This document shows positions 1-9,641 of a DNA stretch of 46,722 nt, piece after piece. The notes below the pieces were generated by a model, which was not told where the DNA came from, searched no databases, and was given only the letters and a program-made list of their open reading frames with translations. The position numbers and the translations under genes were made by a program. Each line of letters begins with the position of its first letter. Position 1 is the first letter of the stretch. The DNA lies in UHGV virus genome UHGV-0200285; one strand, written 5' to 3'. This DNA is from a virus.

Positions 1-60
1 GCCCCGTAACCTGTCGGATCGCCGGAAAGGACCCGAAAAATGATAATAATTATCATCTAC
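1..60. other. cos right-end region; window begins with GCCC, the last 4 nt of the lambda-type 12-nt cohesive end
   Basis: First ~800 nt match my recollection of the lambda right end (reverse-complemented); window start reads GCCC+CGTAACCTGTCGGATC. Confidence 0.5.
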
Positions 61-203
61 ATATCACAACGTGCGTGTACGCCATCAAACCACGTCAAAT
101 AATCAATTATGACGCAGGTATCGTATTAATTGATCCGCATCAACTTAACGTAAAAACAACTTCAGACAATACAAATCAGCAACACAGAATACGGGACAAC
201 CTC

Positions 204-398
204 ATGTCAACGAAGAACAGAACCCGCAGAACAACAACCCGCAACATCCGCTTTCCTAACCAAATGATTGAACAAATTAACATCGCTCTTGATCAAAAAG
301 GGTCCGGGAATTTCTCAGCCTGGGTCATTGAAGCCTGCCGTCGGAGACTAACGTCAGAAAAGAGAGCATATACATCAATCAAAAGTGATGAAGAATGA
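204..398 (+). CDS. YlcI/YnfO-like small protein with ribbon-helix-helix-like motif
   Basis: ORF 75..398; internal ATG at 204 gives MSTKNRTRRTTTRNIRFPNQMIEQINIAL...; resembles small prophage protein family (DLP12 ylcI) from memory. ORF track start at 75 is GTG. Confidence 0.45.
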   Translation: MSTKNRTRRTTTRNIRFPNQMIEQINIALDQKGSGNFSAWVIEACRRRLTSEKRAYTSIKSDEE

Positions 399-1049
399 AT
401 ATCCCGGTTTCTTTACCTCCCCTCCCACCCCGCACAGGACTGGCGAGCGTGTGGGACAAATATGTGAGTCATAAACGCCTTATCCTCAGAAATGCAGTTG
501 GCATCCGAACAGGACGATATTGTAAATTCACCTAATTACGAGGCATTGCAGTAGTTGAATTGTAGTTCTGTATTAGCCTGACAGTGACAGAATGCGATAT
601 TGACTCTGTCACAGGTGAAATAGTTTGAATGGTTAGCAGTTATGGTGATCAGTCAACCACCAAGGAATAATCCTTCGAATTCTTATCGTGCTTCACCAAC
701 GCTGCCTCAATTGCCCTGAATGCTTCCAGAGACACTTGATGTTCTATACATGCAATTACAACATCCGGGTAACCCATCGAAATGGTGCTATTAAGCATAG
801 TTTTTACACGAACCTGCTCCTGGGAGGGGGCATCAGTGTTAACGCATGATTAACCAACCATAGCAAGGATTACTTTTGTAAAGAAAAACACACGAATGAA
901 ACAATAGCTTTATTTATTAATAAAACGTGTCATTCTGTCTAATGACCTTTTATCTTACCCTTAAGATTTCAAGGATTTTGACTCATGGAAGAGTCCTTTT
1001 TATTTAAATTTCACATTCAGCGCTAAAAATAATCCGATTTAATATTAAT

Positions 1050-2077
<1,028 letters not shown>

Positions 2078-2190
2078 GGATATTTATCAGGATTTATCGG
2101 CTTCAAATCCCTGGATATGTTAAATCTTACCTCACCAGTGATGGGCACTGGCGGGAGGAGGATGTCAATCTGATAAACACAGAGGTGACT

Positions 2191-2451
2191 ATGGATTACA
2201 CAAATCTACCAAAACAAACTTTTGCTGATTTAATCGCACTCAGGCAAGCAGTCGTAGCCCTAATCAACTTGTTGCCGGAGAAGGAAAAGGAATTAGTTAA
2301 AGCGCTTCTTAACAGAACTGCCGCCGATTTTTCATCATATCCACTGACAGATGACCTTGCGGACCTTCCTGAATTAATTGCAGCGTCCGCCATTAAGCTT
2401 ACTGAAGAGATTTACCCTCCTCAAAAATCTTCACAAAATTCCTGCGAGTAA
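2191..2451 (+). CDS. hypothetical small acidic protein, antisense to the lysis operon
   Basis: ORF 2185..2451; ATG at 2191 preceded by AGAGGTG RBS; converges on and overlaps the 3' end of the 183-aa gene by ~50 nt. Confidence 0.35.
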   Translation: MDYTNLPKQTFADLIALRQAVVALINLLPEKEKELVKALLNRTAADFSSYPLTDDLADLPELIAASAIKLTEEIYPPQKSSQNSCE

Positions 2452-2950
2452 CTTCAATGCAATAATCGTAAAACGCCGCAAACTGCTCATCGCGGCGTTT
2501 TTTTTCATCTTCAGAAGGAATCAGCACCGACAATTTTTTATTCAGATCAGCGACGCTGCCCTCCAGTTTTTCAATGGGCGATTCAATATCATCTTTTTCT
2601 GACCGCAATGCCGTCGGTGGCGTCTTCAGAGAACCAGTAATTCTTCCCGGTAGCTTTCCTTTGTAGGTTATCCACACATTCTGCGCCTCTAAAATTATGG
2701 GGCGCTTTTCCGGCGACTGCTCATCCCCTTCACATAACCCGGCTGCAACTTCCAGGAAGACCTGTCTGATGCTCCTTCTGGCTGCTGCCTCATAAAACTC
2801 CAGCGCGGCACCTTCAACACGGTCCAGCGAGATGTCCAGGTCAAAAATTTCACCGTCAAAGCGTTTTTTGTCCCTTAATGCTACAGTTACCGCAACTTTA
2901 TTCTCAAAATTGCGGATCCCTTTCACAATCAGTTCATAGTTTTGTGTCAT
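2399..2950 (-). CDS. hypothetical protein inserted between holin and endolysin (lysis-cassette cargo)
   Basis: ORF 2399..2971; ATG at 2950 (MTQNYELIV...) with GGGGAGAG RBS, 5 nt after holin stop; soluble, charged, no TM segments. Confidence 0.6.
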   Translation of the reverse strand: MTQNYELIVKGIRNFENKVAVTVALRDKKRFDGEIFDLDISLDRVEGAALEFYEAAARRSIRQVFLEVAAGLCEGDEQSPEKRPIILEAQNVWITYKGKLPGRITGSLKTPPTALRSEKDDIESPIEKLEGSVADLNKKLSVLIPSEDEKKRRDEQFAAFYDYCIEVTRRNFVKIFEEGKSLQ

Positions 2951-2954
2951 TGAA

Positions 2955-3170
2955 TTACTCTCCCCGTGCAACCTTACGCTTGTCTTCTTTAATCTTGAAA
3001 TAAAGGTTTGTCAGGTACGTCAGCAAGCCAAATACCAGACTACCCAGCACACCGATTGCAGCCCACTGTGACGGAGTTACTTTATCGAGTAACTGCAATG
3101 CCCAGAAACCAGCATTACCAGCCGATGTGCCATAGGCGATACCTGTTGTTAACTTATCCATTGATTTCAT
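2955..3170 (-). CDS. class II pinholin (S21-like) with dual-start motif
   Basis: 71 aa, near-identical from memory to phage 21 S21 / E. coli EssD; starts MKSMDK (Met1-Lys-Ser-Met4 dual start); two TM helices. Confidence 0.85.
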   Translation of the reverse strand: MKSMDKLTTGIAYGTSAGNAGFWALQLLDKVTPSQWAAIGVLGSLVFGLLTYLTNLYFKIKEDKRKVARGE

Positions 3171-3388
3171 ATCCTCACCCCGATGTACACAGATGGTGCA
3201 ATATGTTTGAAAAGATCGGAGTCTATGGGGTAGTTTTTATAGCAAACGTTGTTCTCAACGGCGCTAAAAAACAGACACATTAAAAATGTGGGTAATTATT
3301 TTAAAAGAAAATCATATGTTAAATAATAATACGAGATATGTTTTCATATTTAGTGTACTGTATACGGCCATTTATACAGGAAAAGCCT

Positions 3389-3559
3389 ATGTCAGAACGT
3401 AAAGACTCAAAATCACGCCGTAATTATCTCGTTAAATGTTCCTGCCCAAACTGCACCCAAGAGTCAGAACACAGTTTTTCAAGAATACAAAAAGGTGCCC
3501 TTTTGATCTGCCCTCATTGCAACAAAGTATTCCAGACAAATCTTAAAGCTGTAGCTTGA
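3389..3559 (+). CDS. small zinc-ribbon protein
   Basis: ORF 3338..3559; ATG at 3389 with AGGA RBS; CxCPxC...CPxC motif (CSCPNC ... CPHC). Confidence 0.45.
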   Translation: MSERKDSKSRRNYLVKCSCPNCTQESEHSFSRIQKGALLICPHCNKVFQTNLKAVA

Positions 3560-3616
3560 TTGATTTTATTCGTAACAAGTATTTTTTATATTTTAATAAC
3601 ATATTTAAAGCAGATA

Positions 3617-3640
3617 ATAAAAAACCCGCCTGAGCGGGTT
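3617..3640. terminator. bidirectional intrinsic terminator-like hairpin (strong on minus strand, downstream of cspB)
   Basis: CCCGCC-TGA-GCGGG stem; minus-strand reading gives stem followed by TTTTTTATT. Confidence 0.5.
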
Positions 3641-3922
3641 TAATATTGTGGTACTTTTTGTGGGAGTCATCCACTTACGCACTTTGTTTTGCTATGCCAG
3701 CAGTTAGCTTCTGCTGTAAAACTATTCATGCAGCAAACCTGCACTTCACCACAATGGTTAGCATACTTTTCCTGATTAAGTTATTGCCAAATATGCTGGC
3801 CATTGTTTCATGTATTGGACCTCCTTACTATTTATTAAAGAGATCCAATATTCACCACTCTGTCTGTATCTCCACTCAGGCATCAGCCTTCTTCGTTATC
3901 GTATACAGACAAACTATGAATT

Positions 3923-4138
3923 TTAATCAGTAATTATGACATTTGCTGCTGCAGGACCTTTAGCACCACTCTCTACAGAGAAGGTAACCTTTTGACCTTC
4001 AAATAAGGTTCGATAATTATCATTCTGAATCGCAGAAAAATGCACAAACACATCTTTACTACCATCAACAGGAGAAATAAAGCCAAAACCTTTATCAGCG
4101 TTAAACCATTTTACTAAACCAGTCATTTTATTTGACAT
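3923..4138 (-). CDS. cspB: cold-shock protein CspB-like
   Basis: 71 aa, [23 protein letters not shown]...; RNP1/RNP2 motifs (KGFGFI, VFVHF). Confidence 0.85.
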   Translation of the reverse strand: MSNKMTGLVKWFNADKGFGFISPVDGSKDVFVHFSAIQNDNYRTLFEGQKVTFSVESGAKGPAAANVIITD

Positions 4139-4437
4139 TCTACATTCCTTAACTTGAGCCTTTCGGCATAAATGGCTTGTATAACAGAAACGACTTCGTA
4201 CTTAATTGGAGAGACTCAAAGAAGGAATAAGTGAATAACACCTGAAATGAGAACTGCTTTAGTAAACTACTTCGTATATCGTCTGTTCTTCAAACCGACG
4301 CAATCATTAACGCATAGTTGAACATATGAAGCAATGTTTATTTTAGACATCCAGCCATCTTCAACCCCATCAAAAAACTATAGCTTTCTTCAGGAACGTG
4401 TGTATAGTGCGCCAAGTTATCAGTATTAAGGAATTTT

Positions 4438-4650
4438 TTGTCCCGTAAAATGACAGGAATTCTCAAAACCTTTGACGGCAAAAGCGGCAAAGGTCTTATA
4501 ACCCCATCCGATGGTCGTATCGATGTCCAGCTTCATGTTTCAGCGCTCAATCTCCGCGATGCAGAAGAAATTACCACCGGATTACGCGTGGAATTTTGCC
4601 GGATAAATGGTCTGCGTGGACCATCAGCTGCCAATGTTTACCTTTCATGA
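4438..4650 (+). CDS. cspF: cold-shock protein CspF-like
   Basis: 70 aa [23 protein letters not shown]...; codon at 4438 is TTG, alternative ATG at 4450. Confidence 0.7.
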   Translation: MSRKMTGILKTFDGKSGKGLITPSDGRIDVQLHVSALNLRDAEEITTGLRVEFCRINGLRGPSAANVYLS

Positions 4651-4940
4651 GCTATATTAAAGCTTTAACTTCAAGCCCCATCGAATCAAACATGGAGAGT
4701 TTTCATGAATAAACCCGTCTGTCTTGATGACTGGTTGATTGGCTTTAAAAGCTTATGCTGTACTTTGACCTTAATAGCTCTGCTAATAATGTAATAAGCA
4801 AACTCATTGTATCTATGGACATTGTACTGGAAGAAAACATTTTAAACATCAGGCAAAAAACAAAGTCACCCGATAAATAATAAGTAAACTAACATGAATC
4901 CCGTAATGAGATTCAACATCTCTATTACCCTATTTAAAGC

Positions 4941-4966
4941 ACAAAAACCCGCTCATCAGCGGGTTT
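4941..4966 (-). terminator. intrinsic terminator downstream of candidate late promoter (tR'-like)
   Basis: CCCGC-TCATCA-GCGGG hairpin; on minus strand followed by TTTTTGTG; ~60 nt downstream of candidate pR'. Confidence 0.5.
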
Positions 4967-5005
4967 TCTACTTTTTCTTAACTTCGGGTATACAAAGCCC
5001 ATCGT

Positions 5006-5040
5006 TGAAAAAATTTATCCATATTTTTTGAAAAATGCAA
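5006..5040 (-). promoter_or_regulatory. candidate late promoter pR' (Q-dependent antitermination region)
   Basis: Minus strand reads TTGCAT-N17-TAAATT immediately downstream of the Q stop codon. Confidence 0.4.
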
Positions 5041-5071
5041 GCATCACGTCGCCATCTTCGGCGAAAATCAC

Positions 5072-5824
5072 TTATCTCGTCACCTTTCTCAATTGTGCTT
5101 CAGCGTAAGATTCCTCCTGCCAGCACTTTGTAACCAGTTTATCAATGACATTTGCATATCCTTTATACCACTGATAATCACTCAGGTCCGGTACCAGCTT
5201 CTGGACATGATGCCGCGCCAGTGTGGTTGGTAAACGACTAAACCGTTTTCCATTGCAACGCCCACAAATCTTATAAACAGGTGTGCCATGAAGCCGGGTC
5301 CTTTTTTCATCCAGGACAATACCTTTACCCTTACACCCTCTGCACGCTGTGCTGACTTCTCCCTTACCATGGCAATGCTGACATAGTTCCTTCACCCACT
5401 CTTCTTTGATAACAGATTCCCCGCTTCTGGAGTGTTTCACCACTTCGCGCAATACATTATGAAATCCAGTACCAGCACAATGCTCACAACGAGCCTTACT
5501 TGCCGCAGACCTGGAATAATCAGCAAAGGCAAAATTCACAAGGTAAGGAATAATCTGTAGCCGGGTTTCTTCACTCAATTTATTCAATGTCGGGTTATCC
5601 AGTGCCATCGCGTAATTGAGCAGACCTTCAATCGCAAACTGAGGATCCTGAACACCAACTTTTGCCAGGAATAAGGCAAACCCAAGCGGTGCTTTCGATT
5701 GCACCATCCCCTGCGCAGCCATCACATCCGTAATCGTTAAACCACCAGAGCCTGTCGCCGGTGCGTCATCACTCAATTTTGGAGATTTTGGGGAGTAATA
5801 TTTTGGTAAGGCTTCAAGGTTCAT
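5072..5824 (-). CDS. late-gene antiterminator Q
   Basis: 250 aa; Cys-rich zinc-binding C-terminal half (CEHCAGTGF, CQHCHGKG, CRGCKGKG, CGRCNGK); position between nin-like genes and lysis cassette; resembles QuuQ-type Q from memory. Confidence 0.75.
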   Translation of the reverse strand: MNLEALPKYYSPKSPKLSDDAPATGSGGLTITDVMAAQGMVQSKAPLGFALFLAKVGVQDPQFAIEGLLNYAMALDNPTLNKLSEETRLQIIPYLVNFAFADYSRSAASKARCEHCAGTGFHNVLREVVKHSRSGESVIKEEWVKELCQHCHGKGEVSTACRGCKGKGIVLDEKRTRLHGTPVYKICGRCNGKRFSRLPTTLARHHVQKLVPDLSDYQWYKGYANVIDKLVTKCWQEESYAEAQLRKVTR

Positions 5825-5837
5825 GCTCGTTCTCCAC

Positions 5838-6833
5838 TTACGCCAGTACGCCTATTGCCAGCGCACGATCGATAAAACGAAATATCAGCTCCAGCTGGGA
5901 GCCATACTTCTCTTCAAATGCCACGGTATCCGCATGCAGCTCGTCGTGATGCTTTCTGCACAAAGGCAACACAAAAAGGTCATGCGCTTTTGTACCCATT
6001 CCCCCCTGACCGTGGCCTATCAGGTGGTGGGGATCATCAGCAGGTTTTCCACAACATGCGCACGGCTGCGTCTTAACCCAGCGCGTGTACTTTTCATTAA
6101 CCCAGCGGTGACGTTTTGGGCGTAACATAAAAGACTCCGGCGACTCCGGATCCACTTTCAGCGCCAGCACCTTTTTCGCCTTATCCTGGATGATGCTGGT
6201 GGCAGGAACCGAAGGCACAAGGTCACTTTCCCGGGTAACAGACGGCACAACAGGCTTCGGTAATCTCAGTGCCTTACGGGCTGCACTTTCCGGTAAGGCA
6301 TCCGCCAGATCATTACGAATCAGCCACCAGCACAGTTCCGGCATTGTCACAACATGACTGTCATCAAAACCGAGATCCCGACGCACAACAGACAACACCC
6401 AGCGGGCACAGTTATCCGTTGCCATTGATTCCAGCCGTTCCGTGAACTGATCGCGCAGCTGGTTATCGCAGTGCCAGCACAGACGGATTGCGCCCGGAGC
6501 GTGTCGCATTGTTGTCATATTCTCGCTGTGCCAGTCGGAATGAGGCCACTGGCAGCCTTTTTCACGAAGTAACCAGCTTTCAAGACATTCCACGCCACCA
6601 GCACGACGGATCACTGCCTCATTGCGGAACACGGCCCGAACGGCAGGATCATCCGCCAGCGGTTGTGATGCCGCCGGAACGGCACCACTGGCGAAAGATG
6701 AATAACGTTCCGGCTCAGGCTCCAGCAGGACACGCCCCTGCATAAACAAGGGCATCAGCTCTGAACCTGGTCTGAACAATACGATCCCCATACGCGGGGC
6801 AATTTCAGGGGTCAGTAGTGCTCTCACGGTCAC
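5838..6833 (-). CDS. DUF968-type protein with C-terminal HNH-like Cys/His motif (YdfU-like)
   Basis: 331 aa; C-terminus PCACCGKPADDPHHLIGHG...CRKHHDELH; resembles Qin YdfU from memory. Confidence 0.6.
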   Translation of the reverse strand: MTVRALLTPEIAPRMGIVLFRPGSELMPLFMQGRVLLEPEPERYSSFASGAVPAASQPLADDPAVRAVFRNEAVIRRAGGVECLESWLLREKGCQWPHSDWHSENMTTMRHAPGAIRLCWHCDNQLRDQFTERLESMATDNCARWVLSVVRRDLGFDDSHVVTMPELCWWLIRNDLADALPESAARKALRLPKPVVPSVTRESDLVPSVPATSIIQDKAKKVLALKVDPESPESFMLRPKRHRWVNEKYTRWVKTQPCACCGKPADDPHHLIGHGQGGMGTKAHDLFVLPLCRKHHDELHADTVAFEEKYGSQLELIFRFIDRALAIGVLA

Positions 6834-6834
6834 C

Positions 6835-7650
6835 TCAATGAACGGTATCGAGCAGCTTTAACAGCTCAGGGAATCGGGATTCGAAGAAATGCGGCTGCGT
6901 CTCGCGCGGATTTGCAGGACTGGTGATGTTCTTGCCGAACATGCAGCCTTTCGCGGTCAGCGACCAGAATTTTTTGATGTTGTTAATCGCGGTACGACTG
7001 TATCGTTCGCGTTGTTCAACGATCCCCAGCTTCGCCATCTGGTGATATGCCTGATTAGCCGTCAGGCGGATACCATACTGCTTCAGCAGTGCACTCAGCG
7101 ACAGCGTAGGGCGGCTTGAACCATCTGGCGCATCAGCAGGTGCATCAATGGCATAGATCGGCATAAGTTCAGGAAGACCAGCTACCTTTGATAATTTCTG
7201 GTATGCACCAAGTTTCGAGGAGTTTGACAGATTTAGAGTCTTTGCTGCTGATTCAAGCAGAATGACCCCGGATTTAATTTTGTCGGATGTGGTTTCTTCT
7301 GGTGATGAATTATGAAGCGCATCAAAAGTACGTATCACTTTTAAGCTGAATGCCGGGCTGATCCACATTGCATATGCATAGACCAGCTCTTTACAGACAT
7401 ACGTCCCACCATTGCGCCCCTGAATGGTGATGACAGGAATACTACGGGAATCTCCCGTAGTTTCTTCTTCCAATAATTCCACAAGAGCCTTCGTTTCAGG
7501 ACGACGCATAAACTCGTGAACTTCCAGCGAACGGGAGGAGCGATTCTCACCAGCGGCAAGAAGAGCAGCTTTCTGAAGGTCGTTAAGACAGTAGTTAGAT
7601 TCGAAGTACTGGCGCACAGAAACGCCATCAATTACAAGCAACTGATTCAT
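6835..7650 (-). CDS. KilA-N domain protein (antirepressor-like)
   Basis: ORF 6835..7662; ATG at 7650 with GGAG RBS; N-terminal KilA-N-like region (LLVIDGVSVRQYF...GGTYVCKELVYAYAMWISP). Confidence 0.6.
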   Translation of the reverse strand: MNQLLVIDGVSVRQYFESNYCLNDLQKAALLAAGENRSSRSLEVHEFMRRPETKALVELLEEETTGDSRSIPVITIQGRNGGTYVCKELVYAYAMWISPAFSLKVIRTFDALHNSSPEETTSDKIKSGVILLESAAKTLNLSNSSKLGAYQKLSKVAGLPELMPIYAIDAPADAPDGSSRPTLSLSALLKQYGIRLTANQAYHQMAKLGIVEQRERYSRTAINNIKKFWSLTAKGCMFGKNITSPANPRETQPHFFESRFPELLKLLDTVH

Positions 7651-7812
7651 TGGTTTCTCCACAAATTTTTATCCACGAGCGGGACTGCACTCCCTTTTCG
7701 TTGATGCAGGATGAACTTACTGCGATTTTTAATAGTTATCAAGGATACACTGTTCATAAATACAGTATCTTTAACGAGGTAATACCCAAATTTAGGGTGT
7801 TGCTCAATTCCG

Positions 7813-8208
7813 TTACCGAGTTGCTAATTTGCAACTCGCTTTTTCGTACTTACTGATAGTGATCTCGACCTTCCCCTCCGGGATAACCGGTCCCCACTCC
7901 ACCAGCATTCTTTTCACCTGACTGTCGTCTTCCCACACACCCGCGTGGGTCAGGGCGTCAAACAGCGCCTTGTTATAGTTGTCCAGATCGCGGATCCGGT
8001 TATCCGGAGGAAACAACACGATCTCCACTGAAGCAGGTGCCGACGTTGGTTTTGGCAGACGACGTAACTGCTCAACTATTGCTGCACACGCCGCGCTCTG
8101 GAATTTTCGCCCCGCCGCGCTTATCAGGCTCTTACCAGCAAACGCCCCTTTGTTGGGGTGTCGCCAGTACGTGTTCACGCTGGGCGGAAAAGGCAGGATC
8201 AGCTTCAT
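7813..8208 (-). CDS. RusA-like Holliday junction resolvase
   Basis: 131 aa; acidic catalytic-type motif region (PPDNRIRDLDNYNKALFDALTHAGVWEDDSQV) and typical lambdoid nin position. Confidence 0.6.
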   Translation of the reverse strand: MKLILPFPPSVNTYWRHPNKGAFAGKSLISAAGRKFQSAACAAIVEQLRRLPKPTSAPASVEIVLFPPDNRIRDLDNYNKALFDALTHAGVWEDDSQVKRMLVEWGPVIPEGKVEITISKYEKASCKLATR

Positions 8209-8531
8209 ACTTTCAGGCCCCTCTCATGTAACCAGTGGGCTGCACGCAGCCTGGCGTTTTCCTCACCGGCAAGCAGTGAGCGGATAATCCCGACCGCCTC
8301 GCTGTCGTCGTCCTTCACCACGGTATGAAGCGTGATCCCCCGGGCCACACCACGCTTTATCGTGATGACGCCTTTTTTCTCCAGTGCGCGAAGATGCTCC
8401 ACCGCTGCATTCACTGAACGGTATCCCAGCATGGTTGCCACCTCCTGATTGGTTGGCGGGAAGCCACGTTCTTTCTGATAAGAAATCAGCATATCCAGCA
8501 CCTGCTGCTGGCATTGAGTTAAAGTCGTCAT
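8205..8531 (-). CDS. LexA N-terminal DNA-binding-domain-like protein (no peptidase domain)
   Basis: 108 aa; LTQCQQQVLDMLISYQKERGFPPTNQEVATMLGYRSVNAAVEHLRALEKKGVITI resembles the LexA winged-helix domain; lacks S24 Ser/Lys peptidase region. Confidence 0.6.
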   Translation of the reverse strand: MTTLTQCQQQVLDMLISYQKERGFPPTNQEVATMLGYRSVNAAVEHLRALEKKGVITIKRGVARGITLHTVVKDDDSEAVGIIRSLLAGEENARLRAAHWLHERGLKV

Positions 8532-9151
8532 GCCGCCATCTCCCTGACCAGTTTTTCCGCCTGCTGGCGAACCTGCGCCAGAAACGCCTCACCACATGCC
8601 TCAAGTTCATCGCGCCCGATGTAGCTGATTGCCGGTCCCTTCCAGGTCTTGTCGAAAACAGCAATAGCACCAGCGAAGAAAGCGCCTGTCGGCACCTGCT
8701 TCTCATCTTTCGGGATAAACCAGGCAGGCAGTTCAAAACCAATACGCCCGCGAATAAAAGCAATATGATCTGCATCTTCCGGCCACCACACTTCGCTGGT
8801 GGCAGCTTTGATCAGGAAAACATAGCGCCCGCCTTTATCACGCATGCCGGTGATGTATTGCCCCTCATGCTGACTGGCGCGGCTGTATGGGGGATTACCA
8901 AAGGCAGCACCTTTAAGCTCCGCAAGACGTTCTGACCAGTCATGCGCCAGCGCGTTGTCTTCCGCCGTGTAATACGCGGTACATTTGGCGTTATCACCGT
9001 CAGTAAACAGATCCAGGACAAACGGGCCAAACAGGGTGTTAATTCCCCAGAAAATGTTATCCGGCGTGCGCCACTGATCGCCCACTTCCTTCAGTTCATG
9101 GGCTGGTTTGTTCCGCAGCTCCACCAGCTCCTGGCAATATTTATTACTCAT
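8528..9151 (-). CDS. phage DNA N6-adenine methyltransferase (Dam-like)
   Basis: ORF 8528..9184; NPPY catalytic motif (FGNPPYS); ATG at 9151 overlaps upstream stop as TAATG (translational coupling). Confidence 0.75.
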   Translation of the reverse strand: MSNKYCQELVELRNKPAHELKEVGDQWRTPDNIFWGINTLFGPFVLDLFTDGDNAKCTAYYTAEDNALAHDWSERLAELKGAAFGNPPYSRASQHEGQYITGMRDKGGRYVFLIKAATSEVWWPEDADHIAFIRGRIGFELPAWFIPKDEKQVPTGAFFAGAIAVFDKTWKGPAISYIGRDELEACGEAFLAQVRQQAEKLVREMAA

Positions 9152-9639
9152 TAAGCCCCCACGTAATTCCCTGACAGATACCACTCATCACCCGATACAG
9201 CGCGCTTGCTGCTTTTCCGTAAGCACCGCTCACGACGTGCCAGAAAATTGTTTCGTTCTGGCTGGGAGTGGCTTTCACGGAATGCCGCCATCCACACGGT
9301 TGCAGCACGACGGTATAAGCCCCTGGACTCCAGTTCTTCAGCCTGGCGGGTCAGGCACAAAATCACCCGGGGATCGTTAGTGCCGACATAGAAATTGCGC
9401 ACAGGTCTGGTTTCACGAACTGGTTGTGGTTCCGGCTCCTGCGCTCTCTCAGTCAGGCGCGGGAAATGTCTGCGTGTATATCCTTCACAACGGTGAGCCA
9501 CACGCCCACTCTGACGTAACTTGCTTGCAGACTGCAGAACGCGCTGCCGTGAGTAACCTGCAAAAGCATCCGCAATGTCTCCGGAAGTACACCCAGGATG
9601 GGCTTCAATGAATTTCTGAACGTCATTTAACAGACTCAT
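9151..9639 (-). CDS. hypothetical nin-region protein
   Basis: ORF 9151..9645; ATG at 9639 two nt after upstream stop; Arg-rich C-terminal half. Confidence 0.5.
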   Translation of the reverse strand: MSLLNDVQKFIEAHPGCTSGDIADAFAGYSRQRVLQSASKLRQSGRVAHRCEGYTRRHFPRLTERAQEPEPQPVRETRPVRNFYVGTNDPRVILCLTRQAEELESRGLYRRAATVWMAAFRESHSQPERNNFLARRERCLRKSSKRAVSGDEWYLSGNYVGA

Positions 9640-9641
9640 GA

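Noticed and set aside
653-798. 48-codon minus-strand ORF ([49 protein letters not shown])
   Set aside because: Below the ORF-track threshold, no clear RBS; possibly a conserved small lambda-like ORF but not supportable from this sequence alone.
3357-3379. Possible LexA box upstream of the zinc-ribbon gene
   Set aside because: The CTGT and ACAG elements are 14 nt apart rather than 8; this is an inverted repeat but not a canonical SOS box.
8263-8935. 170-aa and 183-aa ORFs overlapping the LexA-like and Dam genes
   Set aside because: Alternate-frame or antisense to better-supported genes with recognisable motifs; composition is biased and non-protein-like.
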